Shown here piece by piece: positions 47,140 to 56,836 of a stretch of 64,000 bases of DNA. The stretch's first letter is position 1; each line of letters opens with the position of its first letter. Location: positions 2,452-66,451 of IMG/VR virus record IMGVR_UViG_3300015189_000002. The stretch is one strand, 5' to 3'. Under the pieces are notes generated by a model that saw nothing but the letters and a program-made list of their open reading frames with translations, ran no database searches and was not told the origin of the DNA. The stretch is from a virus. The position numbers were made by a program, and so were the translations under genes.

Positions 47140-48192
47140 ATGGCTCGCAGGAACCGTAACACCGAGTCCAGTCCCACCACCGAGAACGACATCAACACCG
47201 AAGAGGAGTCCACCGTGAGCACTTACACCGAGACGGACGAGCCCACCGAGGCTCCCGCCTACGAGTCCACCGAAGAGGCCGCACCCGAGTCCGAGTCCAG
47301 CGACGAGGCTGCGTCCGAGTCCGGCGACGAGGCTGCCGTCACCGTCGAGCCCACCGAGTCGGAGCCTGTCGCCCCGAAGCCGGAGGCTGACCTGACCGAG
47401 TTCAAGGCCCGCGTCGCAGAGGCCGTCGAGGGCAAGGACTCCTCCACCGGCGAGGTCGCCCCTGGCCTGTTTGAGCCTGTCTCGGCTGCCTACCGCGCCA
47501 TCGACGGGGTGAAGGGCAAGAACGCCGCCAAGGCGTTCGTCTCCGATCAGATGCGCGACGCCATGAACTCGACCGATATCCAGTCGGCTCGGGCCTACAT
47601 GAACCTCGGCGATCACCTGACCGCTGCGACGCCGCACGCTGGTTCGGCGCGAGTCCCCACCGACCCGACCGAGGCGTTCATCCACCTCATCGTCGGCCTC
47701 CGTCTGGCACAGGCGCTCGCCGCCGAGAACGTGCCCGAAGGTGTGGCCGAGGACTGGTCCGGCAAGGCCGACGCCCTGCTCACCTCGTCCGAGGGCCCGG
47801 CCCGCGAGTACCTCGCGTGGACCAAGTCCGAAGACGAGAACAAGGGTGACGAGCCCATCGTCGAGTCGGTCGTGAAGGCGGCTGTCAAGCTGTCGGTCGG
47901 CAAGTCGGCCAAGGTCGGTTCCGCCGCTCGCTCCACCTCGACGCCCTTCACCGGGACGCGTCGAGACATCGGCAAGCACATCGCCGCCGCCTTCGAGGGT
48001 ATCGAGTCCGGCACCTTCCTGACCGTCGCTCAGATTCGCAAGCACCACAGCGACGAGTACGGCGACGAGCTGCCGAGCGCCGGTGCCGTCAGTGCCCGTC
48101 TGTTCCCGCGGAACAACGGAAAGTGCACGATCGAGGGCATCACCCCCGGCCAGCTCGACGGCAAGGGCAACAAAGGGGCCTACAAGGACTAG
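47140..48192 (+). CDS. Hypothetical protein with acidic disordered N-terminus, paralog of 37836-38591
   Basis: GGAGG Shine-Dalgarno; extreme GC3 bias suggests high expression. Confidence 0.8.
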   Translation: MARRNRNTESSPTTENDINTEEESTVSTYTETDEPTEAPAYESTEEAAPESESSDEAASESGDEAAVTVEPTESEPVAPKPEADLTEFKARVAEAVEGKDSSTGEVAPGLFEPVSAAYRAIDGVKGKNAAKAFVSDQMRDAMNSTDIQSARAYMNLGDHLTAATPHAGSARVPTDPTEAFIHLIVGLRLAQALAAENVPEGVAEDWSGKADALLTSSEGPAREYLAWTKSEDENKGDEPIVESVVKAAVKLSVGKSAKVGSAARSTSTPFTGTRRDIGKHIAAAFEGIESGTFLTVAQIRKHHSDEYGDELPSAGAVSARLFPRNNGKCTIEGITPGQLDGKGNKGAYKD

Positions 48193-48356
48193 GCGCCCCC
48201 TGAATCACCGGCTGGACCGGGCTGGCTAGGGAGTCCTAGCGAACTAATCAGTCCGGTCCAGTCGGACACCGAACTGCCTGTCACTTAGGTCATGAGTGAC
48301 AGGCAGTTCTGCGTCCGACTGGGCGAATACCCTGATTCACAACAGGAGGTAACGTA

Positions 48357-48737
48357 ATGGACCAGCAACAGTTAATCGACTCGAAGTATGACAATCTGTT
48401 TAAGCTGATTGTCATAGCAGAGTGGTGTGTCAAGTCCGACGGCAACGTCGAGTCTGATCCCGGCTACTTCAGTCTGACCGAGATTCCATCCTTGCCCGCA
48501 GAGCGCGACCAGATGTGGGATGCTGTCATCGAAGAGCCCAACGAGTTTGACGAGGATGACCTCGACAAGTTGCCGGCTGGCTGGTACATCACGATCCAGC
48601 TGAATAGCGGCCTGATCTTCGTTTACAGCGTCGCCAGCAAAGTCATCGCGGAGCGTGAGTACGCTGAGCTCGAGCAGGTCTACACGAACTGGTGCGGGAC
48701 CGATGACGACGAGGGACAGGACGAGTCGAATCATTGA
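48357..48737 (+). CDS. Acidic hypothetical protein
   Basis: 126 aa; AGGAGG Shine-Dalgarno. Confidence 0.7.
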   Translation: MDQQQLIDSKYDNLFKLIVIAEWCVKSDGNVESDPGYFSLTEIPSLPAERDQMWDAVIEEPNEFDEDDLDKLPAGWYITIQLNSGLIFVYSVASKVIAEREYAELEQVYTNWCGTDDDEGQDESNH

Positions 48738-48809
48738 CACGCCTGTACAGGCTAGGGTAGAATATGTCCTAGCGCCACCCTCGCCCGAGCTCGTTCGGAG
48801 GTTTTCAGA

Positions 48810-49241
48810 ATGGTCACAGATACGCGAGTGGCTATGGTTCTCGGTCTGCTTGACGGCGTGCCTGATGGGTACTATGCCACGCAGCTTGATGCGGAGTCGA
48901 AGATTGACTTCATACGAATCAGCCGCCCCAAGAATGGCAGGTATGCTGGGACTGTCAAGATTCAGTCTCAGCACGCAGAACGACTCGATACAGATGCCGT
49001 CGTTTGGTCAGATGGCACCTGTTCGATTTACAGCACAACAATCATCGACATCTTGATGTTGCTGGTCGCGGACTACAGAACATGCACCTTGCGCTACGCC
49101 AAAGAGATCGGACACTGCTGTCGTTGCAATACCGAGCTGACAGACATGACTTCGATTCATTACGGTATCGGTCCTGAGTGCGTTAAGTATTGGCCTTGGG
49201 TGATTGAGGTCGTTGACGAACAGGCTGAGCAAGATGCTTGA
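48810..49241 (+). CDS. DUF6011-like zinc-finger protein
   Basis: C-terminal CCRCNTELTD..SI..GIGPEC motif. Confidence 0.7.
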   Translation: MVTDTRVAMVLGLLDGVPDGYYATQLDAESKIDFIRISRPKNGRYAGTVKIQSQHAERLDTDAVVWSDGTCSIYSTTIIDILMLLVADYRTCTLRYAKEIGHCCRCNTELTDMTSIHYGIGPECVKYWPWVIEVVDEQAEQDA

Positions 49242-49692
49242 CAGGTGGGTCAACTGGAAATACGTCGGAGTAGGAGCAGTCTTGCTTGCGACGTTCGCTG
49301 CTGGTTCAGCAGCACAGGGTCAACAACCTGACCCTGTTGTTCAGTACAAGTACCTGAGTATTCCAACTGTTAAGTATCAAGACAGACCGCAGCCTGTCAA
49401 GACGATCACTGTCTACGCCGGCCTGCCGGACTCGTGTATTGAGGCGAAAAAAGTCTTAACAGAGATGCACGCGCAAGACAAGAACATTTCTGATCAGGCG
49501 GGAATGCTGGTCGAGAAGCTGAATGAGGGTGGTGGTATGATCTTTGCCAAAGACCAGCCAGCACTAAACGGCTTAATCGGCTATGCACGACTTACGTCAC
49601 AGGCAATCAACACCGCTCACCTTGCGAACGAGCAGCAAGTCCCATACCTCAACACGGTTATGGCAAAGTGTGCCGCTACACCGGCCCATTGA
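49234..49692 (+). CDS. Signal-peptide/membrane protein
   Basis: Hydrophobic N-terminus VGVGAVLLATFAAG; two Cys residues. Confidence 0.6.
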   Translation: MLDRWVNWKYVGVGAVLLATFAAGSAAQGQQPDPVVQYKYLSIPTVKYQDRPQPVKTITVYAGLPDSCIEAKKVLTEMHAQDKNISDQAGMLVEKLNEGGGMIFAKDQPALNGLIGYARLTSQAINTAHLANEQQVPYLNTVMAKCAATPAH

Positions 49693-49862
49693 GCCATCCT
49701 CTACACGTCGGGGTCCACCGCGACCTAATGGCATAAAGAGGACCGTGGTACCCCGCGCACGGTCGGCCACAGCCCCGCTAGCGCACCGTCCCTTGGAATC
49801 CATCAAGGGTTAGGATGGTCCAGTACGACTCGTGATTCACAACCCGCAAGGAGGTTTTACCA

Positions 49863-50084
49863 ATGAGTGACATGAGTGTCATTCCAGTGACAAACGACGC
49901 GACAAAGCTGCCACCGTGCAAGTGGTATGTCTCTGTCGATCAGCCCGAGTGTGGCAAGCCAGCACCCTTCAAGTTGAAGGTGAAAGGCAAGGTCACGCAA
50001 GCCGTGGTCGATGTCTGCGAAGACCACAAGGCGCTCCATGACAGAGAATTTGCGAGGCTTCGTACCTCTGGCCGCGCATCCTGA
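49863..50084 (+). CDS. Small Cys/His protein
   Basis: 73 aa; AGGAGG Shine-Dalgarno. Confidence 0.6.
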   Translation: MSDMSVIPVTNDATKLPPCKWYVSVDQPECGKPAPFKLKVKGKVTQAVVDVCEDHKALHDREFARLRTSGRAS

Positions 50085-50135
50085 TGCAGCTTGACCCGAC
50101 AATCCCTCTACCACCTTGAAAGGTGAGGTTTTACT

Positions 50136-51701
50136 ATGGCTGAAATGAAGTCGGCGTCGTCGACTGATCTTAACAAGTCTTGCAACAACTGTCCATCGTT
50201 TTGCCCTCCCTCGGAAAACGTCACCAAGTTCAAAAAGTCGCTTGGTACAAGTCTGTGTGGAAGGTATGGCATCGTTCTCGGCAAGCCCGGCCTGCCATCC
50301 AAGCAACTGGATCGACTGGCTCGGTACAACGCAAACAGGTGCCCCTCTTACGGCGACCCGATGCCGCCAGTTCCTGTCGAGAAGCGCTTTCTCGTCACGA
50401 TGCCTGACATGGAAGCTCGTGTCAGTACCGAGGGTTCTGATGGTGCGGCAGCGTGCAGCAGTTGTGCGATGTGCAAGAACTTCGTCAACGAGCAGACGGT
50501 GGCACAAGAGCTCGGCTGGACAGCCGGCCTGTGCGCGGCCAAAGGCAAGTTGATCCTGTCCACCGAACAGGTCTACGAAGCTCGCGACTGCGAGTACCGT
50601 TTCTACGGGCGAGTTCGCAACAGCACGATGGGGATGCCTCTTCTGCCCGAGTACGAAGACGCGTTCAACCTTAACGTCGACCCGATCAGAGCGTACTTCA
50701 AAAACAAGGGTCACTTGATCGAGCCGGGAGACTACCCGACTGATCGTGAAGTCCAGCCCGACGAGGCGAAGGGTGGTATCAAGGCTTGGAGGCGCGTTCT
50801 CGATCCTGACGGTTCGGGCAACGAGGTTCACCTTCCGATCTACGATGACATGTTCTTCGACGAAGACGAGCGTTCCAAGATTCCTCGAACAGGGGACGAC
50901 GAGCACCCCGAGTCTTACATCGACCACTTCGGCGGTACCTACTTGGCCGCGGTTGCTTGGACTGAACTGGACGAGACTCCTGCGGTTTGGGGCGAGGCCG
51001 GCTGTGGAAAGACCGAACTGTTCCGCTACCTTGCGTGGCTCATGCAGATTCCGTTTGAGCGCATCAGTATCACGGCTCAGACCGAGCTGGATGACCTCGC
51101 TGGGAAGACGCACTACAGTCAGGACGTTGGGACGTACTTCACTGAAGGTCGCCTGCCGAAGGCTTGGCAGAAGCCTTGCGTCATCGTCATCGACGAACCG
51201 AACGTGGGCTCGCCTGAGGTCTGGCAGTTTCTTCGGCCCCTGACTGACAACAGCAAGCAGTTGGTGCTGGACATGGATCGAGGTCAGCGCATCCCTCGTC
51301 ATGCCGACTGTTACATGGGTATGGCGATGAACCCAGCTTGGGACCCAAAGAACGTCGGAGCAGCTGTGATAGCAGATGCAGACGCTAGTCGTCTGTTCCA
51401 CGTCTACATCGAGCAGCCCCCGGCAACACTGGAGCGTGAGATCATCACGAACAGAGTTCACCTAGATGGGTGGGACATGACCAGCGATCAGCTGGACATG
51501 CTCATGCACGTCGCGGAGGAAGTGCGCGCCTTGTGCAAGGACGGCAGTCTCGGTATCACCTGGGGTATCCGTCCACAGATCAAGGTGGCGCGTGCCCTTC
51601 GATGGTTCGACACAGTCACCTCGTACAGACGTGCGGTTGGCGACTACCTTGAGCCAGAGCAGTCCGAAGCACTACTCGCAGTTGTCCGAGCACACGCCTA
51701 G
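50136..51701 (+). CDS. MoxR/CbbQ-type AAA+ ATPase with Cys-rich N-terminal domain
   Basis: Walker A GEAGCGKT, Walker B VIDEPN, AMNPAW, DADASRL; multiple CxxC motifs at the N-terminus. Confidence 0.88.
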   Translation: MAEMKSASSTDLNKSCNNCPSFCPPSENVTKFKKSLGTSLCGRYGIVLGKPGLPSKQLDRLARYNANRCPSYGDPMPPVPVEKRFLVTMPDMEARVSTEGSDGAAACSSCAMCKNFVNEQTVAQELGWTAGLCAAKGKLILSTEQVYEARDCEYRFYGRVRNSTMGMPLLPEYEDAFNLNVDPIRAYFKNKGHLIEPGDYPTDREVQPDEAKGGIKAWRRVLDPDGSGNEVHLPIYDDMFFDEDERSKIPRTGDDEHPESYIDHFGGTYLAAVAWTELDETPAVWGEAGCGKTELFRYLAWLMQIPFERISITAQTELDDLAGKTHYSQDVGTYFTEGRLPKAWQKPCVIVIDEPNVGSPEVWQFLRPLTDNSKQLVLDMDRGQRIPRHADCYMGMAMNPAWDPKNVGAAVIADADASRLFHVYIEQPPATLEREIITNRVHLDGWDMTSDQLDMLMHVAEEVRALCKDGSLGITWGIRPQIKVARALRWFDTVTSYRRAVGDYLEPEQSEALLAVVRAHA

Positions 51702-51719
51702 AAAGGGCAGGTACAAAAA

Positions 51720-52250
51720 ATGGGTATTATCGCACCACGGTCAGATCAAGAGGCACTCAGTTGGCTGGTGGTCCGGTTCTTCCGGCCTTCTGGCCCGCTG
51801 ATGTCCGGCACGAAGAAGGCTGGCGAGCTGGCAGCAGCCGAACTGAACGGCCTGCGTGATGGCCTCAGTGAGGCCATCGCGGCCTTTCTGTCAGTGAGGC
51901 GGGTCGACCTGTATCCGCACATCAAAGACACCAATCGCTTTATCGAGGCGATTGGAGGCTATGAGGTCAAGAAGCTCTTGATGGACCTTAAAGCCGGATG
52001 GGAGCTTGCCGGTACCACTCCCGAGCGCGACATCGCCATCAGCGAAGCCGTCGACTGGCTGTGGTCCCTCATGGGGGACAAGAATCTCGCCGAGTGGAAC
52101 GAGGACGTTCGCCGCGACAAGGTGCGCGCTGGTCGCCTCAAGCCGGTCGAGTCTGATCGCGAGTGGCTGGAGGCTGAGGTTTCCGAAGCTCGCTCAAGCC
52201 TCGATGCTATCGCAGACATCTTGAATGGCACCGAGGCCCTGCCGAAGTAG
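51720..52250 (+). CDS. Hypothetical protein
   Basis: 176 aa between the ATPase and vWA genes. Confidence 0.65.
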   Translation: MGIIAPRSDQEALSWLVVRFFRPSGPLMSGTKKAGELAAAELNGLRDGLSEAIAAFLSVRRVDLYPHIKDTNRFIEAIGGYEVKKLLMDLKAGWELAGTTPERDIAISEAVDWLWSLMGDKNLAEWNEDVRRDKVRAGRLKPVESDREWLEAEVSEARSSLDAIADILNGTEALPK

Positions 52251-52273
52251 AAGTAGTATTCCCAAGTTCGCCG

Positions 52274-52311
52274 TCCAGTCACGATACACGCTCCGTGACT
52301 GGACGGCCCCC
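52274..52311 (+). terminator. 14-bp perfect stem-loop
   Basis: GCCGTCCAGTCACG-10 nt-CGTGACTGGACGGC. Confidence 0.45.
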
Positions 52312-52337
52312 ACCCAATCCTATTGGAGGTTTCACAG

Positions 52338-55148
52338 ATGTCCATTGACACTGCAATGTTCGCCAAGGCTGGCGTCGACAATCAGAAGGACGAGCAGGCG
52401 CGTCGCGCCGTTGCCGTCTTCCGTCAGCTGCAACCCCTACTGACTTCCTACGCCCGCATCCTGACCAAGAGGTCTGATGTCCGTGTAGAGATGGCCGCGC
52501 TGGACAACGGCTCGACCGACGGCAAGCGTATCTTCTTTCGCCCGCCTATCTCGCTGGGTGACACGACGCCTCACGAGCGCAGGCTGTGCGACAAACGAGA
52601 CGCTGACAAGCAGTTGCTGTGTCGTGCGTGCCAGATTCGTGAAAGTGTGCTGGTCACGATTTACCACGAGGTCGCTCACATCTGCTACAACTCGTTCGAC
52701 AATCCGACCGACGAAGAGCGCGCTGAACTGATCGCCAAGGCTGTTCGTGAAGCTGACGGTAAGTTCGCAGAAGAGATCGCGTCCAAGATCGAGTCTGCCC
52801 CATACTTTACCAAGAACACTTACATGGGCATGGCGAGTCTTGTTAGCCCATTCTTGCCGCTGATTATCAATGGGCTGGAGGATGCCCGAGTCAACGCCGA
52901 GATGCACAAGTCCCGCAAGGGAACTAAGGTCATGTTCGAGGCAGATGCACACAAGATCTTCACCTTGGGTGTTGAGCAGAAAGACCCGGCTGGCAACATC
53001 ATCGTCAAGCCGTGGAACGAGTACCCGCAGAATATGCAGATGATTGTCGGCCTGTACGTCAAGGCGTCCGGCTACGACTACAGGGGCTGGTTCATTCCGC
53101 CAGTCGAAGAAGCACTCAATGACGCCATGCTGCAGCGCTACTGCAACATGGTTAAGACGGCACGTTCGGTATCTGGCATCTACAACTTGTCATTCCCCGT
53201 TCTCGAGCAGCTTCGTGAGTTGGGATTCTGCAAGCCGCCGGAGCCGAAGCCTGAACCTGAGCCCGAGCCCGAACCGGAGCCCGAGCCCGACAAAAAAGAT
53301 GGGGAAGAAGAAGATGACAACGATTCAGCCGCTCCTTCCGATGGGGAAGACGGAGAGTCTGAAGACACAGCCGGAGAGTCCGAAGGCGATGAGCCTGAAG
53401 ACAGTTCTGACGGTGAAGGTGCTACCGGAGGTGAGCCATGCGACAACGGCGAGCCCGACGACTCGAATTCTAGTGGTGGGGATGATGAGTCGGACTCCGA
53501 AGGGGGAGACGGTGACGATCCAGTGGACGGACAAGGAGACGACGATGACTCTTCACAGTCCGAGGGGGGTTCTGATGAGGGCCTTTCAGGTGAGGAGGAT
53601 TCCGATAGTGAGTCCGGCGAGGCCAATCAGTCAGGCAATGACGCTGATGCTGAGAATTCTGGCAGCTCCGACGGATCTGGTGGATCAGACGGCGAACCAT
53701 CTGACGAGTCTTCTTCAGATGGCTCAGAATCAGGTGACACAGAGGGGGATGGTGTAGATGAAGAGGGTACAGATGAGTCTAGCCAGACTGGTGAAGGCGA
53801 CATTGACTCTTCTGACGAGGGTGATGGAACAGGTGCTGGAGAGTCCGATTCCAGTGGTCTTGGTTTCGGTGAGTCCGACGGAAGTCTTGAGTCAGGTCGT
53901 TCCGACGACACTGAAAAAGGCGACGAAGAAGGCGACGCCGACGACGACCACGCCGGAGATGCTGGAGAAGCAGCGACTTCGACTGGAGATGACAGAGTAC
54001 TGAAGCCACCGACAGCCGATCCAGTACTGTCTGACGAGCCGATAGACACTGGCGCTGATGATGGCACAGGCGGAATCGAGCTCATCGAAGACGAGAAGTA
54101 CGATCATGTCCCAATGGGCGAGGCCAAGGACTGCGAAGAGGGCGTTCACGTCTGGACGCACCACGAGGGCGACGAGAAGCCGAAGACGCTCAACGAAACT
54201 GACTGTGAGAACGCAGTCGACCGTGCGGTTGTCCAAGGCATCTACTTCGAGACGCCATCCAAGAACATCTTTGGAGTCCGTGAGCACCACTACGGCCAGC
54301 CGGTCATTGTGGACGGGTACGACGTGTCAGGTGCCTGGAGCGACACTCGCTACACAAGGAGTGGCTTCACTCGGTACGACTTGGGAGTCGAGGGTGACTT
54401 CACGACGCCGCCGAAGGTTATCGGTGACGCACTTGTTCAGATGAGGGTTACCTTCTCTGACAACAAACGCGGCCATGACCAAAACAACCTCAAGTCAGGC
54501 AAGGTCAACGCTCGGGTTCTCGGCAAGCGTGCGTGGCGTGGAGATGATCGTATCTTCAAGCGTCGCATCCTGCCGGGCAAGCGTGACTACTTTGTCATCC
54601 TTGCTGTGGATCTGTCTGGTTCACAGGTCGGACGGAACATCGTCCTTACAAAGCGAGCTGTGTTCGCTCAGGCGACTCTGTTGAGTCGTATGGGTATCCC
54701 GTTCGCTATCTACGGCCACTCGGGCAACTACCACACGCCTAGCAAGGGTCGTTCTGAAGGTCTTGATCTCGACATCTACCTCATCAAAGAGGGTGGCGAG
54801 ATGTGGGACAAGAATACACAGGAGCGGCTGCAGCAGGCTGGTCCTGACAGTGCGAACCTCGATGGTCACTCGGTAGAGTACTACCGCAAGCTGATGCAAA
54901 AGTCCACTGCGACTGATCGCATCATCATGTACTACACCGATGGCAAAATGCCAGCAGAAAATCACGACGAAGAGCTGGAGATCCTGCAGCGTGAGATCAA
55001 GCGGTGTAAGCAGCTCGGCATCACACTGATGGGCGTCGGTATCCGAACCGACTCGCCTGTCAGACACGGCCTGGACACCGTTCAGGTCGACACCGAGGAA
55101 GACATTGTCAAGGTGGTGAGACACCTAGAAAAGAGGTTGCTCAAGTAG
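52338..55148 (+). CDS. CobT-like vWA-domain protein with HExxH motif and long acidic linker
   Basis: YHEVAH...LEDARVN; (PE)n run followed by an Asp/Glu/Ser/Gly low-complexity region; MIDAS VDLSGS and YTDG. Confidence 0.88.
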   Translation: MSIDTAMFAKAGVDNQKDEQARRAVAVFRQLQPLLTSYARILTKRSDVRVEMAALDNGSTDGKRIFFRPPISLGDTTPHERRLCDKRDADKQLLCRACQIRESVLVTIYHEVAHICYNSFDNPTDEERAELIAKAVREADGKFAEEIASKIESAPYFTKNTYMGMASLVSPFLPLIINGLEDARVNAEMHKSRKGTKVMFEADAHKIFTLGVEQKDPAGNIIVKPWNEYPQNMQMIVGLYVKASGYDYRGWFIPPVEEALNDAMLQRYCNMVKTARSVSGIYNLSFPVLEQLRELGFCKPPEPKPEPEPEPEPEPEPDKKDGEEEDDNDSAAPSDGEDGESEDTAGESEGDEPEDSSDGEGATGGEPCDNGEPDDSNSSGGDDESDSEGGDGDDPVDGQGDDDDSSQSEGGSDEGLSGEEDSDSESGEANQSGNDADAENSGSSDGSGGSDGEPSDESSSDGSESGDTEGDGVDEEGTDESSQTGEGDIDSSDEGDGTGAGESDSSGLGFGESDGSLESGRSDDTEKGDEEGDADDDHAGDAGEAATSTGDDRVLKPPTADPVLSDEPIDTGADDGTGGIELIEDEKYDHVPMGEAKDCEEGVHVWTHHEGDEKPKTLNETDCENAVDRAVVQGIYFETPSKNIFGVREHHYGQPVIVDGYDVSGAWSDTRYTRSGFTRYDLGVEGDFTTPPKVIGDALVQMRVTFSDNKRGHDQNNLKSGKVNARVLGKRAWRGDDRIFKRRILPGKRDYFVILAVDLSGSQVGRNIVLTKRAVFAQATLLSRMGIPFAIYGHSGNYHTPSKGRSEGLDLDIYLIKEGGEMWDKNTQERLQQAGPDSANLDGHSVEYYRKLMQKSTATDRIIMYYTDGKMPAENHDEELEILQREIKRCKQLGITLMGVGIRTDSPVRHGLDTVQVDTEEDIVKVVRHLEKRLLK

Positions 55149-55166
55149 AACCTGAACAGTTAGATT

Positions 55167-55195
55167 GACTCAGGGATTCGTCCCTGGGTCTTTCT
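55167..55195 (+). terminator. Intrinsic terminator candidate
   Basis: GACTCAGGGA TTCG TCCCTGGGTC TTTCT: UUCG tetraloop and a short U-tract. Confidence 0.55.
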
Positions 55196-55355
55196 AACCA
55201 GTCAGATTAGGAAACGACTGGCTTGTGTAATTGAGTCCCCATCGTAAACCGATAGCAATATCCTTGGGTCGGGGCTTGCAACGGTCCAAGCGACCGTGTA
55301 ACGTCGCCTACTACAGCACTTCACCGCACGACCCGACATGAAAGGGAGGCGCATC

Positions 55356-55787
55356 ATGGCCGCCGATTACAGCCAGTTCCAGGGAAAGAAAGTCGTCATC
55401 GTCCGCAACGAGCCGGGCAAAGCCGAGGCCGAAGAGATCGAGGGCACTGTCGAAGCGAGCAACGAGATGGGCGTGCTGATCAAGCCCAAGGGCAAGAGCC
55501 AGCTTCTGCTCATCGAGGTCGCAGAGATCGACCACATCGACTTCGTGGAATCCAAACTGAAAGAGCTCACCCGGAAGGTCCTCAAGCCGGTCGAGTTCGG
55601 TCAGGCACGAAACCACCTGCTCGAGCGCCATGCCTACTCGCTGGCCTCGGTCAACAAGCTGACCGAGAAGGAGGCGTTCGAGTTCCACGCGACCATCGAC
55701 CACGAGGGCGATGACCTCGGTCACACTCACGAGGACAAGGATGCCACCGAGCGCGCACAGGCCGTCGCCGCCGCTGAGGTTGCCTGA
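55356..55787 (+). CDS. Hypothetical protein (SH3/Sm-like N-terminus plus His-containing C-terminus)
   Basis: GGGAGG Shine-Dalgarno; strong codon bias. Confidence 0.7.
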   Translation: MAADYSQFQGKKVVIVRNEPGKAEAEEIEGTVEASNEMGVLIKPKGKSQLLLIEVAEIDHIDFVESKLKELTRKVLKPVEFGQARNHLLERHAYSLASVNKLTEKEAFEFHATIDHEGDDLGHTHEDKDATERAQAVAAAEVA

Positions 55788-56005
55788 TCCATCCTGAGGC
55801 CGGTGCTACGGTAAACCCTCCTGTCGGCTCCGCTACCGACACCGCGAGGTAAGGCTCGTACAGCGCTGCGCGGTCCACATGGAACCGATCAGTCAGCCCT
55901 CCGGAGATCAACCCCTTCGTCTCCCCGAATGGACGAGGGGGTTGATCTTAACGCTAGCCTATCGTTAGGCTCGCTAGCACTAGGCGAAAACAAAAGGAGA
56001 GTAAT

Positions 56006-56737
56006 ATGGCAGTAGGTTGGAAAGGAGTCAGCTTACGTGATCCAAACGAGCCCGGCTACGAGGCTAAGCATCCGTGGTCTTTTGGATGCGAAGTTGAGCT
56101 GTGCTACTACCGAGTGTGTGCGGACTCAGAAGCCGCCGCACTTGAGATTCAGAATAACCACGGATGCCCTCACTCGGGCACCACAAAGATTGGATGGACC
56201 GTGACTAGGACACTGGTAGAACAGATGTGGGACAAGCTCGATGAAGCGATGGTTGAGATTCAGAACGGAGTTGCCGCTCTTCATGTCTTAGATGTTAGTG
56301 AACATAGCAGTACAAGCAAGGCTTTACATGACGCAAAGGTGCGCGCTAGAGCGTTTGCTGAGTGCATAGCGATCTTCATGCCTCCACATTTCACTACTGC
56401 CGACGATGTAGCTCGTGAGGCGAAGATGCGTTACAACGCAAAGCAAGCTGGCGACGAGCATCAGACAGCCGGCCTCGGTCAGCGCCGCTACGAGGGTGCT
56501 GAAGAGTGGACCAAGGCTCAGGGCGGCTGGACTAGTGACCCAGCACAGGGTATGCGTGGAACTGGCACGTCGAAGCGCTCCACTCCCAAGACGACTCAGA
56601 TTCCTCCTAGCCTTGGCGAGAAGGAGCAGGCGGCAATCAAGTTCGCTTTTGAGTCAGGAATGTTCACGGAGGCAGTACTGTCCACGACCTACAAGGTTCC
56701 TGTGCAGGTGATTCGACAAATCGTCTCACCCGTTTGA
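56006..56737 (+). CDS. Hypothetical protein
   Basis: 243 aa; AGGAG Shine-Dalgarno. Confidence 0.7.
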   Translation: MAVGWKGVSLRDPNEPGYEAKHPWSFGCEVELCYYRVCADSEAAALEIQNNHGCPHSGTTKIGWTVTRTLVEQMWDKLDEAMVEIQNGVAALHVLDVSEHSSTSKALHDAKVRARAFAECIAIFMPPHFTTADDVAREAKMRYNAKQAGDEHQTAGLGQRRYEGAEEWTKAQGGWTSDPAQGMRGTGTSKRSTPKTTQIPPSLGEKEQAAIKFAFESGMFTEAVLSTTYKVPVQVIRQIVSPV

Positions 56738-56836
56738 CAAACCTATGAGGGGGGAGTAGGCTATCGCTAGATGCATGTATGACCCGACGATCCAGTGGTC
56801 TAGAAACTGCCACTGTACGCGAAAGCAGCTTATTCA

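Noticed and set aside
49857-51461. 534-aa antisense ORF (and similar long antisense ORFs at 47104-48048 and 59679-60659)
   Set aside because: These mirror strongly GC3-biased sense genes, which suppress antisense stops; no motifs or Shine-Dalgarno.
53044-54290. Multiple overlapping Ser/Pro-rich ORFs
   Set aside because: By-products of the low-complexity acidic linker of the vWA gene.
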